The notes under the pieces were generated by a model, which had not been told where the DNA came from, did no database searches, and saw nothing but the letters and a program-made list of their open reading frames with translations. A DNA stretch of 64,000 nt. Source: an uncultured Thermoplasmata archaeon (GTDB lineage Archaea; Thermoplasmatota; Thermoplasmata; UBA10834). Within the stretch, counting starts at the first letter, position 1. Each line of letters starts with the position of its first letter. Both the position numbers and the translations under genes were made by a program. Below are positions 63,723 to 64,000 of the stretch, in pieces. The stretch covers positions 259,744 to 323,743 of the forward strand of contig CAVRDX010000004.1 in NCBI GenBank assembly GCA_963719945.1. The letters are read 5' to 3'.

Positions 63723-64000
63723 TCAGGACAGTTCGATCGTTCCGATCACTCTGAGCTTCCCGCCTTCTAGATGTGCGACGATCCCCCTCGACCCCGGTTT
63801 GAATACGAGGTCCTTCTGCATCGTAAGTGTGAGTGTCAGGGATCTCCAATTTTCGCCTTCAGTTGATACATCGTCCACCCTAGCTGGCGAGAATTGCATC
63901 CAATGACCGATATGAACTACCATCCCGCTCTTGAGTTGCGAGGGCCAGTACTTCACTACCTGGCACTTCCCTTTGAGCGATGATCTGCATACAAGGTCGT
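63723..64000 (-). CDS. Hypothetical protein, 5'-truncated by the window edge
   Basis: The frame of ORF 63723..63956 stays open to base 64000 (DLVCRSSLKGKCQVVKYWPSQL...). I recognise no family. Confidence 0.45.
   Translation of the reverse strand, partial: DLVCRSSLKGKCQVVKYWPSQLKSGMVVHIGHWMQFSPARVDDVSTEGENWRSLTLTLTMQKDLVFKPGSRGIVAHLEGGKLRVIGTIELS

Noticed and set aside
1-64000. Scan for CRISPR arrays, rRNA genes, transposases, integrases and toxin-antitoxin pairs.
   Set aside because: No regularly spaced short repeats, no rRNA-like sequence, and no DDE, tyrosine-recombinase or serine-recombinase motifs were seen in any ORF translation. The only repeat family found is the tRNA-Arg 3'-end repeat, reported among the findings.

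Overview
This is a gene-dense archaeal chromosomal window. Archaeal markers are GatD/GatE, ribosomal protein S17e, ThyX, FtsZ, an NFACT/RqcH-like protein, TATA-type promoters and an encoded CCA on some tRNAs. A secreted giant subtilase, IorAB and anaerobe-type Fe-S genes suggest a peptide-fermenting Thermoplasmata-like euryarchaeon, but I cannot test that lineage guess. GC is moderate by eye; I did not compute it. All calls rest on reading the ORF translations and DNA for motifs; no searches were run.

Contents:
- About 65 protein genes.
- Four tRNAs: Arg-GCG, Thr-GGU, Val-UAC and Arg-UCG.
- No rRNA, CRISPR array, transposase or integrase that I could recognise.

Main items:
1. A roughly 6.7 kb single-strand cluster at 36.7-43.4 kb encodes metallocluster or Fe-S handling proteins that are mostly uncharacterised. 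In order: DUF134, HTH_10, DUF1847-like, DsrE-like, Mrp/NBP35, Gly/Arg-rich plus Zn-ribbon ORFs, NifX-like, IscU-like, Zn-ribbon, NifX-like, and two MinD-type ATPases with ferredoxin inserts. It lies directly upstream of a DtxR-FeoA/FeoB iron-uptake operon, which carries an iron-box-like operator.
2. Three clear frame disruptions and one possible one are confined to 40.2-47.4 kb. They affect the DUF134 regulator, two histidine kinases, and possibly a small Zn-ribbon gene. Each needs a +1 shift to restore the frame.
3. The 3' end of tRNA-Arg(UCG) is repeated twice downstream. The repeats bound two integrase-less cassettes that encode membrane or surface proteins.
4. A 1327-aa secreted S8 protease has tripeptidyl-peptidase-II-like catalytic spacing.
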